DNA of 64,000 nucleotides from NCBI RefSeq assembly GCF_032191835.1, contig NC_083237.1, forward strand, positions 66,464,001 to 66,528,000, written 5' to 3'. A program made the position numbers and the translations under genes. The DNA comes from Heteronotia binoei. Its lineage: Eukaryota. Positions 1-11,679 of the stretch are shown one piece after another. Position 1 is the first letter of the stretch, and the number at the start of each line of letters is the position of its first letter. The notes under the pieces were generated by a model. It did not search any database and was not told the origin of the DNA. It saw nothing but the letters and a program-made list of their open reading frames with translations.

Positions 1-299
1 ACCACAACAGTTCAACAGCAGAAGAAAGAACACCTGGGGTAGCTACAGGCACCTGCTCCCCCAGATGAAAAGTCCTGGTGATGAAGACGGCTGGTGCTTA
101 CCTGCTCCTAGCTGCCAGCAGCTCTCAAAAACTTGCAGAATTAGCACCTTCTTCAGGATGGTGGAGAGGACATTGTGCACCATCTTTCCCCCACTGCTCT
201 CAAAAGGTACCAGTGGTTAAAAAGTGAATCCATAACTTTCTCTAGTCTTTACCCAGCAGAAAGACAGAATATGTATCTCTGAAATTGTAGCTACTACCT

Positions 300-430
300 G
301 TGCCAGGGGCGCAACTCCATTGGCAGTCTTCAAAACGCAGCTGGATGATGATTTGTCGGAGACGCTTTAGGAGCAGGGGGTTGGACTAGATGGTCTGTAG
401 GGCCCGTTCGAACGCCATGATTCTATGATT
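300..430 (+). mobile_element. CR1 LINE 3' end fragment
   Basis: Ends ggactagatggtc...atgattctatgatt, the typical CR1 tail. Confidence 0.75.
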
Positions 431-2040
431 TCTCAGAGCCAAAGAGAACTTCCCTGCCAATTTAAAGGTTCAGAGGTTTCTCCTAAGAAACGGCTGAAGA
501 GCTGCCAGAAACAGCCCTGAGGTGGAAGAGAAATTACTTGTGGCTTCCATTAGTCAAGGATCTCTGAGGCTCTTCCTTACGTGAATTGCTTGGAACCGGG
601 AGGGAGGAATGCATGGTACTAAGAAGTACCTTGAGACAAGGGGGTGTGTGGAGTGCAGGATCTGCCTTTGACATGTGCAGAAGACTCTGCGGCAAACAGA
701 TGTTTTCTGTTCTCACAAGAGACCATGACTGAAAAGACCTTGTGATCTCCATTAAAAATTGTTTCCCCATCCCAAGAAACTCAGGCGGTACCTTTGTGTA
801 GGACCAGGCTCTGCAGAGCAGCAGGAGTAAAGCCGAACACAATGGAGGGAGGCTGCTTCCTCCTCCTTCTCTCAAAGACCTAACTGTGCTCTCTTGCCAG
901 GAGGTGGGGATAGCTGGCTGGCCACTCCGCATCTCCTCCTCTCCACCATCCTGAAGAAGGTGCTCTCATCAAGTGGGATGCATCCTCGCTTACCAAGAGA
1001 CTCCGTTCAAGCTTACGTGCTTAATAAACTGGCCACAATTTGTCAAGTCTTAATGGGCGGGGTTTGCTCCTACTTCCTTCTCTGGAAGTTTAAAAGAACT
1101 TGCCAGTGCTGTGCCCAGCTCTGGGTGGATTAGGCAGCACAGCAAGAGAGCAAACCCAGAGTCTGGAGTGTTGGATCCTGGCCTAACGAGAGAAAAGAGT
1201 ATTACAAGAGCTGAGCCCTGTGCTCCCGATGCAGAGCAAAGACTGGTAGTGATTGCAGGATGACACCAACAGGCTCTTTGGCAACTGGCTCCCTCTCTTT
1301 AAACACTGCTCACCGAGAAATCCTTCATTCATATGCACAGATTTGTTGTATCCGCAACCTGAAAATTTGGCAAGAGGAAGCCACAGAGAAGGAGCCATGG
1401 CACATTCAACATGCATTTGAAGCAGCGAAGGGGCACTTTTATTTTATGCCAGCTAAGTTCTAGCAGATGCCTCATTTCCCATCACCTGGAAGAAGCAACT
1501 GATGAGGCTGAAGATAAGAAGCTGCTTAAAAACATGCAGAAGGCAGAGAGAGAAGGGGGTCACAGCACTGACAGAGCTCAGGAGCCAAGAATGTAAAGCA
1601 GGAAGTCCCCAGCTCAAATATCCCCTTAGCCGTGAATGGAGCCAGTCCTTAAGCCAGCCCCCCCCCCCCTTCCCAGGCACCATCCAAGGGAAAATGACAT
1701 CCTTCTAACTCACCCGCATCCCATCCTGTTCTTATCCTACCCTGAAAGGATTTGTGAACACTGGAGATACAATATAAATGTGTGTGTGTGTAAGTATAAG
1801 GAAGACCAACTAGGTCTCATGGGGCTGTCTCCCCCTGAAAAAGCCTTCTCAGCTGTGCTCCCAGGGGGCTGAGGCTCTGACCGGGGGGGGGGGAGGGGGC
1901 AGAAGGGGGGCTTGCGTGGCACAGTCTTCAGAGTGCTGCTCACTGCTGCCGAAAGAGAAGGGCTGGGCATGAGATCCAAGTTGCCAACCTGCTCACACAC
2001 CGGGGGCATTAGTGAGGAAGAATTCAAAGTACCTACTACC

Positions 2041-2046
2041 TTTAAT
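2041..2046 (-). terminator. Candidate PSME3 poly(A) signal ATTAAA
   Basis: ATTAAA on the minus strand about 1.35 kb after the stop, preceded by a U-rich stretch. Cleavage site not demonstrable from sequence alone. Confidence 0.45.
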
Positions 2047-3395
2047 TTGTCAACATAATAAAAGTTGTACATACGTTCAATGTGGCAAGGACATATGAAC
2101 AATCCAACAAAGCAACAGATACAAGGGACAGGAGGGGGCAGGGCAGGCTGTTTTCCGACAGCGGCTAAGAGGTGGGGAGTTTAACCCAGATTCGACTCCG
2201 AGGAAGACCAAGGCTTGCCCAGCTACAAATGACCAAATGGCATGGAGGTGTTTGCAGGGAGAGTGTAAGAGAGTTGAGGGGGCCAGCGCTTCTTGCGCCC
2301 TTGGGGAGCTGGCAGCATTTGCAGCAGGAAGAATCAAACGCAACCCAGGGGAGAGGAGCTGAAGAATGTCATTCTGCCCGCCATGATTTTTACAAATCTA
2401 TCTACCACAACAGGGATAGAAAGGTTAAGGGAGGAAATTTCATGGGGAAATGCAGCATCTCAAGTTAGTTGGCACCTCCTTCCAGCTTTCCCGAAGACTA
2501 GAAAAGTAACCTCAAGGAGTCTAGCAGGACTCCTACAAACACAGGGGACCAAGACACTTCCCAGGGCCACAAGGGCCAGGTTCAGGGAGAGCTGCCAGGC
2601 ACATTCGAGGGGTCAAGGGAGCTCAGACTCTGAACTGTCAGTGCTTTGATCAGCCATGCCACTGCAGGATCGGCAAACCAAAGTCTGTTAGGCCACCTGG
2701 TTTGAACAGACCTGTCCACCCCATCCCAGACACTCTGGAAATGCCCACAGCCTTAAAAGGACAGACAGACAGACAAGTACCACAGCCAATAAGAAAAGTA
2801 CTGAGGAGTAGAACTGTGAACAAAAATCAACATGGCTTCAAAACAATGAGCAGGGAAGGATGGGAGGAAGAGAAATAACCTTAGCAGTGGTATTTGAATC
2901 CGCATGACTGGACAGGTCACTAGGAAGGATGCAGACAGCCCAGTGGAATGAGAAGGGCACTCCTTTTCATTTCCCTCCCCCGACTACATTCCCCAAGGGA
3001 AGGCTGCCATGGCTGGAGGGAAGGACCACATAAATCTGCAGCACTTGACTCAGCGCTGCTCTTGACTAGGGTCAAGGAATCAACCCCTGGGCACTCACAG
3101 CTGTTGACATCAGGGTAAAAACTACTCAGAACAGGCTGTCCGCTCATCCCTTTCCCACTTTAGCAAGAAGAAAACCTCCTGCCTTGTGCCTTCTGGATGT
3201 CAGAGATGGGTGCAAACCCCAAGACCAAAATAAAAACCAGCCAGAGAGAGCTAGGAGAGAGTTTCTTTAGACTTAACTAAAAGTGTGCCAAGAACTGTTT
3301 CCAGCCAGCTTCCCCATCTCAACAGTCACATAACAAACCGAGGCAAAGACTCTTGAGCCTACTGAACAGTTTGCGAGTTCAGAGTGTCGACGCGC

Positions 3396-3476
3396 TCAGT
3401 AGAGGGTTTCTGCATTGCTGCTTCGGGGTCGCTTGATCTTTTCAATGTTTTTCAGAATCATGTCATGCAGGGTCAC
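3396..3476 (-). CDS. PSME3: PSME3 exon 11 coding part (VTLHDMILKNIEKIKRPRSSNAETLY*)
   Basis: 81 nt; CAG acceptor; TGA at 3398-3396. Confidence 0.97.
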   Translation of the reverse strand: MTLHDMILKNIEKIKRPRSSNAETLY

Positions 3477-4279
3477 CTGGAAGAAGGAGGACCAGAGAGA
3501 GAAGGGGGGGGGGGTTGGTATCTTCACTCAGACAGAACTCGGCTTGCCAGACCACTGACCCTTGCAGAGGACAGTGAGCTCTTGTTTCTGAAGAACACTC
3601 CAGAAAGGAGAAGTAGTAACTGGGCCACAATTAAGCCAATATAATCTTCATGCAGCTTTCTTAAGTAACCCTCAGAGGACTCCAGCTCATTTTCAGGGAC
3701 CTACAAAGCCCAGTTGCTCCGCTGTGAACCAAGATGGTTAAACAAATAGCAGAGTAGCCTACGTCTGAGGCGTACATATAGCTTTGGAGTGATCGTGGCT
3801 GCCAAGCACACAGAGCCAAGGCCACCATCAGCTTCTGCACGGTCATAAGCTGAACCTTCTCCTCCAGCAAGTTTCACATCAGCCACATAATGTGCTGCTC
3901 ACCAGTTTGGGACGAGGACTTAGCCTTGAGAAAGATGCCCCACTTGGACTCCCTCACCAAGCTCTCACAGCATCTGTACCTGGTGAGAAAACAAATGGCC
4001 CCAGCTGCCTCTGCTTCTCCCCGCCGCCCTCCCAGACCAAAGGAGAACTGTGGGATGTGCTTTGCTGCAACAGTTAGCCTTTTCAAGTCATGAAAGGGAG
4101 TCAGGATAACCCTTCCCAGCCTAAACAAAAAGCAAAAAGCAATGCAGCATCCAACATCTTTCTTGACGAGGACACAGCACAGGAAGCCAAGACCAATCCC
4201 TTTCCCAGAAGGAGACAGGGATAAAGAGGGGGGCAGCCCCCAAACAAACCACAGAGGTGTTACGAAAAGACTGGCTTAC

Positions 4280-4366
4280 ATATTGATTTCTCAGTTCTGA
4301 TATGATGAGCCGCAGGCTGATGTATTCCTTTTCATCCATCTCAGTCACTGTGCGGCGATAATCTTC
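4280..4366 (-). CDS. PSME3: PSME3 exon 10 (EDYRRTVTEMDEKEYISLRLIISELRNQY)
   Basis: 87 nt; TAG acceptor, GTAAGC donor. Confidence 0.97.
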
Positions 4367-4626
4367 CTACAAAACCACAATTAAGCAGAAATGCTTTGTC
4401 ACCAATAAGCATTGAGCAGCGTTTGGCTCGTCTTCCGGCCAAGAGTCATCTGCAGCCACCCCATCTTTTCAGCATCTCCTGCCTGCCTACTATTCAGGAC
4501 CATCCATCCAAGATGGATGCTCTCAAATGCAGTCGTAAACGTGGTCTAGATATTATTCTCACACTTCCTATTGCTATAAAATACACAAGTATTATGAAGA
4601 CCAGAAAACCTGAGCTTCACACTTAC

Positions 4627-4681
4627 CACATGGGGGTATTTTGCAATCTTAGAGACCAGCTTTGCCCGTGTGATGTAGTAT
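4627..4681 (-). CDS. PSME3: PSME3 exon 9 (R/YYITRAKLVSKIAKYPHV)
   Basis: 55 nt; CAG acceptor, GTAAGT donor. Confidence 0.97.
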
Positions 4682-4772
4682 CTGAAAAGGAAGCAGAGAC
4701 TGGCTCAACGGGGTCCAAAACAACAAATTTTCTGGCACGTTTAGGGGAAGTCAGTCTTAGAAAAGGACTCAC

Positions 4773-4840
4773 CTAGAGATCTGGTCCAGGTATGAGGCTG
4801 CCTCACTCTCCACAGTACGGAGTTCAGCCACAGTCTCCTC
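4773..4840 (-). CDS. PSME3: PSME3 exon 8 (EETVAELRTVESEAASYLDQIS/R)
   Basis: 68 nt; CAG acceptor, GTGAGT donor. Confidence 0.97.
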
Positions 4841-5010
4841 CTGCAATGACAGGGACAGTCAAAGCAAGCATTAAGAGAACAGCCTCCAGGCTCACCTGTG
4901 CCTGGACATACTCGCCAACCCAGCAATCGGGTAGGTAGGCCATTTAAATCCAGCCATGTGTCGAGACTCTACCTTGGCACAAAACCATCTGAACCAAGGT
5001 TGTTGGGTAT

Positions 5011-5179
5011 AAGCAGGAATGCAGTTCCGGCTGGCTTGGCATCAGGGGTGTGTGGCTTAATATGCAAATGAGTTCCTGCTGGAAGTTTTCTCTGTGGGTA
5101 GCAATGGTGCCATCAGAGGGTGTGGCCTAATATGCAAATGAGTTCAGGCTGGACTTTTACTACCAAAAAAAGAGCCCTG
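5011..5179 (+). mobile_element. MITE (CAGGGCTTTTT-terminus family), truncated; two ATGCAAAT octamers
   Basis: Shares its body with 50629-50803 and 21811-21980. Confidence 0.7.
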
Positions 5180-5289
5180 GATATAAGTACAGACATGTTC
5201 CAAGAAGTGAAAGACCACACCTAGGAAAAAGAGCAATGATAAGGATGCTCCTTCTTAAGGGCAGGCAAGATCCATAGCAGAGCTACTGC

Positions 5290-5936
5290 CAGCCCCCGCC
5301 CAGAACTGTGCAGTATCCTACAGAATGCTGCTGCATGGATGCTGACTTTGTCACCTGTACGGGCACGGATCCATCCCGTGTTGTGTGAACTGCACGGCTA
5401 CCCACTGAGTACCAGATCCGGTTCAAGGTGTTTAAAGCCAGGTTAGGGCCGGGGGCCAGAACACCTTCGGGACCACCTCTCCCTGTATGAGCCCCGGAGG
5501 GCCTTACGATCAGCGACCCAACAACTTTGGGTAATACTCGGCCCCAGAGACGTCCATCTGGCCTCAACGAGGGTCAGGGCCTTTTCAGCCCTGGCCCCTG
5601 CCTGGTGAAATGAGCTCCCCCTGGAGATCCGGGCCTGCGGGGTCTGCTTCAATTTCGCAGGGCCTGTAAAACAGCTCTTTCGCCAGGCTTTCAACTGAGG
5701 CAGTGGACGTCACTTGCTACTGGCTTCCCACCCCCCCTCGTTCCATCCGAGTGCTACAAGACCTGCTGGACCTGGACTTGTCCGTGAGGCGGAATCTGCC
5801 ATCTTAGTCTTTGTAATTTTAGATTTTATGTATTTTAAATTGGTCTTTTACTGTTGACTGTTTTTATGATGTAACCTGCCCTGAGTCTGTTCTATGCGAA
5901 GAGCAGGCTAAAAATCAAATCAAATAAATAAATAAG
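5290..5936 (+). mobile_element. Older L2 LINE 3' fragment in PSME3 intron 7
   Basis: Degenerate match to the RT C-terminus of the 42-43 kb L2; ends in an (AATA)n tail. Confidence 0.75.
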
Positions 5937-6043
5937 GGTACTCCCTTGTCCCAGGTGTGAGAGGAACCAAGAGCTCCAAAGTTCCAGCTCACAGAAGACC
6001 TGAGCAAAGGGGCCTCAACCTCAGTCCCAAGTGGCTGATTTAC

Positions 6044-6112
6044 CTGAATTGAAACTCCAAAATTATTGCCATCCTCTATCCTGGGTATCAGCAGCTGTAC
6101 CCACATTTTGAC
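6044..6112 (-). CDS. PSME3: PSME3 exon 7 (VKMWVQLLIPRIEDGNNFGVSIQ)
   Basis: 69 nt; CAG acceptor, GTAAAT donor. An in-frame alternative acceptor lies 39 nt upstream (see findings). Confidence 0.97.
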
Positions 6113-6584
6113 CTGCAGGGCAAATGAACAGGACAAGGGGAAAAGTTCAGGCTGCTGTGCGAGCAAGCTTATAGAAACACCCACAAAGTCAGAGATCAGA
6201 GAAGGCTGAGAGAGGCTTGCTCCCAAACAGAGAACTCCAGAATGAACAGAGATTTGAATAGAGGATTCCAGCTTCCAAACCTCATGCCGGCCTAGCTCAT
6301 CACTGATGTCATAAACCTACTCAAGAGGACTTGGAAGTATACCACCTGAAACTAAGGGTGGGACACACACAAACGGATGCTTCTTCATTCAAAACATTCC
6401 TCCTCATTAAAGATAAAAAAGATGTCAAACAAAAGGATTCAAAGCACAGTCTTCTTCCCCACATACTAATTTCCTGTGTGGAGGAATGTTCTTGGGTATG
6501 GAGCAGCACCCATTCACGCAAGTCTCACCTTGCAGTCAGAAGCGGAACGGCCCAGATATTAGCTTCTCACCTCCATGACAACCA

Positions 6585-6826
6585 GAAGAGTTGATTTTTA
6601 TACTCCCACTTTTCTCTACCTTGCCTCAAAGACTTACAACCAACCTTCCCTTTCTCTCCCCACAACAGACATCCTGTGCGGCAGGTGGGGCTGAGAGAGT
6701 TCTGAGAAAACTGTGACTTGCCCAAGGTTACCCAGCAGGCTTCATGTGGAGGAGTGGGGAATTAAACCTGGTTCTCCAGATTAGAGTTTGCCACTCTTAC
6801 CACCCACTACACCACACTAGCTCTCC
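6585..6826 (-). mobile_element. Squam3-type tRNA-derived SINE (older copy)
   Basis: Reverse complement of the head tgtggtgtagtgg...ggagaaccaggtttaattcccc and an L2-like tail. Confidence 0.75.
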
Positions 6827-7249
6827 AGGCCCCTTTGCTTGCTGAAACAGTGATCTGCCAAAGGCTGCTGTAGTAAGATATAGGTTGTACAAAGCCCAGG
6901 TATATAGTAAAGCAAAAGGTTTTCTTCTCAAAATCTGATATATACGATGCGGCACTCTGTTCCACCAGGGGAAGCAGTGCAGGAAAGTGTGGGACTGGGA
7001 CATGGGAACTTGCCACGACGCCTTCGGTCATCACTCTCCCAACACAGCCTACTTTGCAGGGCTATTAATTTTCTAAAAATATATATTGAAAAACACACAC
7101 TGCCCTCATCTCTTTAAGGAAAGATGAGATTCAAACAAACTCTGTAAACAGGGAGCAGGCTAAAATGCGTGTTCGATTGTGCCTCCTCCGTTCCAGCCAA
7201 GCAAACGGCAAATCATTATCCAAAGAGAAAACAGCTGACCACCACTCAC

Positions 7250-7362
7250 TGTGTTGCACTTCTCGATCAACAGCCGGATCTCAGGTTTCACCTTCTCAAT
7301 TATGTCTACAAGCTGCTGGTTGCTCTTCAGCATCCCGTTAGGCATGACAAAGACTTTGGTAC
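7250..7362 (-). CDS. PSME3: PSME3 exon 6 (GTKVFVMPNGMLKSNQQLVDIIEKVKPEIRLLIEKCNT)
   Basis: 113 nt; CAG acceptor, GTGAGT donor. Confidence 0.97.
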
Positions 7363-8337
7363 CTGGTGCCACAAGAAGAGACAAGCCACTTATCCTTGGA
7401 AGGGGGCCAGGGCAAGCTGTCACTCAGGTTAAGCGCCTGCAGAAAACCCCTGGATGATTAACAGCATCATTTGAAGTAGAGTTACAGTATTCTAAACCCA
7501 CTTTATAGGACTCGGAAGGGTGTAACTCTGCTTAGGATAACACTGTTAAGACTCCCTGCTCTGTTCCCCAAAGCTCATCTGGCCCACATTTCAAAAACAA
7601 TCATGCACATATTTTCTCACATGTTCACGCATGTTCTTGTATTTTTACAAGAAGAAATGCTGGGATATATAACTTTTCACCCTACAGTACTTCATGGGTT
7701 TGAAAAACTACTGCCACACACCCTCCTTTACCCACTCATCCCCATTATAGAAACAGAAGTTCTACTGTGGAAAGTTTGATCATTTTGGTAACGTTACTAT
7801 CTTCCACAATATAATGCCCCACGAGTGAGTTTCAAAAGTCTGTTAGAGACTGCTTGTGCGGGTTTTGTTGTTGTTGTTCATTTCTAGTTTAACAGGTTTC
7901 TGCTCACTCGAATTTCCAAGCCCAAAGGACCACTTTTCTTTTTGAAAACAATGAACACCTGACTCTCTGCAAGGACAGAGTACTGAAAATACAAGTCAAA
8001 GCCACAAATGATGCATCATTTGAAAAACCAGAGTCACTTTCCCCTTCGTCTATCCCAGTCCTGTGCAGGATTTGGAAACAATTCCTACTACCGTCTGTTT
8101 ACCATTTAAAATCAGACAGGACTTCAGCCCCATCATTTGGGAGGAGCGGCATGAGCTGAAGCATCACACGCTTACAGTCCTTGGCACCAGTGTCAAACAT
8201 TTCAGACTTTGGGCTTTCCAAAACTGGATCCACTCTTAGGGCTCCTCGTTCCAGCAGGTCAGGTTTCACAAGGAAGAGTTCAAATCACTAATTCGAAGTG
8301 GCACCCTGGAGAAAACGGCTAAGCATTGGAAGCTTAC

Positions 8338-8386
8338 CTTGGAAAGTCTCTTCACAGTCCTCCAACTTTCTCTTTTTCATATTGGG
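8338..8386 (-). CDS. PSME3: PSME3 exon 5 (PNMKKRKLEDCEETFQ/G; basic NLS-like motif)
   Basis: 49 nt; CAG acceptor, GTAAGC donor. Confidence 0.96.
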
Positions 8387-8555
8387 CTGAAAGAAACACA
8401 AGTGGAAAACATTATTCATTCGCTGTGCACATACCATCAGGAGCTGGAGACAAGGAAGGATCTTGGAGCAGCAACTGTCTGTCTCCCATTTGAAGACAGG
8501 CTTCCCTGCCATTCAGAACCCATCAAGAGCCTCTGCACTTGGCAAGCAACCTTAC

Positions 8556-8660
8556 CCCATCAAGTCCATCATGGCTGTTTGTGAGCAGAATTGGGTCAGG
8601 GACGGGAAGGTTCATGTCTGAGTGGATCTGAGTGAGATCGTGAATGTTCAGAATAGGATC
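8556..8660 (-). CDS. PSME3: PSME3 exon 4 (DPILNIHDLTQIHSDMNLPVPDPILLTNSHDGLDG)
   Basis: 105 nt; CAG acceptor, GTAAGG donor. Confidence 0.97.
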
Positions 8661-8799
8661 CTGGGAAAGGGGTGGGGGGGAAGAACAGAGGAAGAAGGCT
8701 CAGCACCCACACAAGTTTCCAAAACAAAACTCAAACTGAACATATGAACTGCTAGAAAACGTTCTAAAGATTAAGTATTGTCCAGTAACCAGTACTTAC

Positions 8800-8862
8800 C
8801 TTGAGGAAAGCATCCAGTTCTAAAAGCTTCTTTGGAAAAAAATTTGCTACTAGATCCTCAGC
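8800..8862 (-). CDS. PSME3: PSME3 exon 3 (AEDLVANFFPKKLLELDAFLK)
   Basis: 63 nt; CAG acceptor, GTAAGT donor. Confidence 0.97.
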
Positions 8863-9156
8863 CTGGAGGGGAAAAAAACAGATGTGACGAATACAGTGCC
8901 ACAGTGAACCTTTAACTGGGTGTGCCTGTGGCCATGGAAATGGACCAGCACAAGCCAGGAGAAACCTCTTCAAAAGCTGAGGAGCCAACAGTGGCCTGGG
9001 ACAGCAGGACAACAGAGCTACTATCTTAGATTGCCTGGTGCTCTGAGATTCAAAGGGTTTCCCAAAAGGTCTTCATTATACTGTGACACGAAAGGTTCAC
9101 GTTCATGATAATCTTAAGCATAAGCTAAAGGTAGCAGGAATCTGTGACACACTTAC

Positions 9157-9189
9157 TTCACCTGTGATCCGCTCCCTGAAAGAGTCGAC
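9157..9189 (-). CDS. PSME3: PSME3 exon 2 (VDSFRERITGE)
   Basis: 33 nt; CAG acceptor, GTAAGT donor. Confidence 0.96.
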
Positions 9190-10310
9190 CTGCAGGAGAG
9201 AAAAGCAGCAGCAGCTCAGAACAAGAGCCAAGCTGAACAAATACAGAAACTGAGATTCATGTATAGTTGTGCAGTTCTCTGATGACCACAGAACTAAACA
9301 CACAGGAATTGGGTGACTTCAGGTCACGCATCGTGCAAAACTAAACAGAAATTCTGAACGTGTATGTATGGTTACTGACTTTGCTTAACATATTTATTTT
9401 ATCATCCCATCCTTTTCCCGAGGAATCTAGGATGGCATATATAGTTCTCCCCCCACCATTTTAGCATCACAATAATCCGCTGAAGTACGTAAGTCAGTGA
9501 TGGTGTCCACTGATCCAAGGTCACCCTGCAAGCATCCATGACAAGCAAGCTCTTGAACCTGGGTCACCCAAACCTAGTTCAAAATTCTAATCACTATAAC
9601 TGAACTGTACTAATGCTTTGATTATACACCACTGTAAAAATCACAGAGCTGTACTATGTGGCCACCTGTAAACTTAATGCTGCCCCAGAAAGAATCTCTA
9701 ATCACGTTTTCGTTTTTAGTACTTCAACCCACTCATCTCATCTAACTTTGTAAATGAACAGATAGAGAACTCTATTAAAAATTCAGGAGCTTGGGTTAGA
9801 TTACAAAGAACTGGCTATAAAAACTGCACTTATTTTAGCCAAAGCTCAGTAACTTGCAAGGACATTTTGTTATAAAACGCTCCTACACAACTCTCAGAGC
9901 TGCTTAATCACACAAGAAAGAGGAAGCATTACTATGCACTCAGAGTCCAAGGATGCCTTTAGGAGGGTGAACTAAGTCCCCATTTCCTGCAAAGTGGCCT
10001 CCCATCATGACAGGATTTGTTTACACTTTATGATGGCAACAGAAACGTCCAAACATTTTTTTCAGACCAATACTGTATGTACAAATGGTGCATGTGCACA
10101 CATATGGATTTCACACATGTACAGATTTCAGGCACTGGAAATTTAAGCGGTTTAAGTCACAAGATTAGTTACTAAGAATTTAAATTTGCAAAAGACTTCA
10201 CCACTGGGATAAAACACTGGCACATTCTTATCAGTCAGAAACGCAGACTATGAAATCTTGGGACAGAAACTGGTGGATAATTTATAAATTTATTAAAATA
10301 TTTACTCAGG

Positions 10311-10311
<1 letters not shown>

Positions 10312-10380
<69 letters not shown>
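10312..10380. repeat. (TA)n microsatellite, about 34 units
   Basis: Uninterrupted TA run in PSME3 intron 1. Confidence 0.97.
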
Positions 10381-10384
<4 letters not shown>

Positions 10385-10656
10385 GCTAACAGTATTTAAT
10401 GTTACAAAACCTGACGAGCACACACAAGTATTCTAAGCACCCATGCTGTAGTGCATTTAGATATATCTCAGCTTTGAGGCCTCAAAAGAGGTTTCCAACG
10501 TCTTGTTGAAACGGGGCAGATAAATTGTGAAAAAATCTAATGGAACGCATCAAAACGCTCCCAGAGAAGCAGTAATCTTAATCTGCTGCAACAAAACGAA
10601 ACAGAAATACAGAGACAACCTAGTTATCCTTTGATGGTTTTTGGAACTCTCCTAAT

Positions 10657-11557
10657 GGAGGGACGGTGGTTCAGTGGTAGAGCATCTGCTTGGGAAGCAG
10701 AAGGTCCCAGGTTCAATCCCTGGCATCTCCACTAAAAAAGGGTCCAGGCAAGTAGGCATGAAAACCTCAGCTGGAGACCCTGGAGAGCCGCTGCCAGTCT
10801 GAGTAGACAAGACTGACTTTGATGGACCAAGGGTCTGATTCAATAGAAGGCAGCTTCATATGTTTATATGTCTAAGGGGAGTGATGCTGGCTCAGTGGCA
10901 GAGCACCTGCTTGGGAAGCAGAAGGTCCCAGGTTCAATCCCTGGCATCTCCAAAAAAGGGTCCAGGCAAATAGGTGTGAAAAACCTCAGCTGGAGAGCCA
11001 TGAATGGGGCTGTGGCTCAGTGGTAGAGCATCTGCTTGGTAAGCAGAAGGTCCCAGGTTCAATCCCCGGCATCTCCAAAAAAGGGTCCAGGCAAATAGGT
11101 GTGAAAAACCTCAGCTTGAGACCCTGGAGAGCCATGAATGGGGCTGTGGCTCAGGGGTAGAGCATCTGCTTGGGAAGCAGAAGGTCCCACGTTCAGTCCC
11201 CGGCATCTCCAACTAAAAAGGGTCCAGGCAAATAGGTGTGAAAAACCTCAGCTGGAGACCCTGGAGAGCCGCTGCCAGTCTGAGAAGACAATACTGACTT
11301 TGATGGACCAAGGTTCTGATTCAGTAGAAGGCAGCTTCATATGTTGGGGAGGGACGGTGGCTCAGTGGTAGAGCATCTGCTTGGGAAGCAGAAGGTCCCA
11401 GGCTCAATCCCCGGCATCTCCAACTAAAAGGGTCCAGGCAAATAGATGTGAAAAACCTCAGCTTGAGACCCTGGAGAGCCGCTGCCAGTCTGAGAAGACA
11501 ATACTGACTTTGATGGACCGAGGGTCTGATTCAGTAGAAGGCAGCTTCATATGTTCA
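10657..11557 (+). mobile_element. Head-to-tail array of five tRNA(Ala)-derived SINE units with CR1-like tail
   Basis: Units start at about 10657, 10875, 11006, 11140 and 11346. Each has A box TGG(C/T)TCAGTGG (one copy TCAGGGG) and a B-box-like GTTCAATCC; full-length units end in gaaggcagcttcatatgtt. Confidence 0.88.
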
Positions 11558-11679
11558 ATGCAACATTTCATTGGCAAAACAACCGCTTTAGGCTGATGAA
11601 TGTGACTATTGCGCAAGCTGGCTGAATATACAAATGATGCTACACTCTTGTAAAGAAATGTAGAAGCTGCCATGCAAAA

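Noticed and set aside
1411-1596. Short acidic/basic ORF (LEEATDEAEDKKLLKNMQKAERE) as an exon of a neighbouring gene
   Set aside because: No recognisable homology, including to the AOC2/AOC3 genes expected further along, and no convincing splice pair.
10657-11557. Cluster of tRNA genes
   Set aside because: Heads run directly into a shared SINE body without a terminator, and most have broken acceptor stems. Annotated as SINEs; one near-cloverleaf is noted as a finding.
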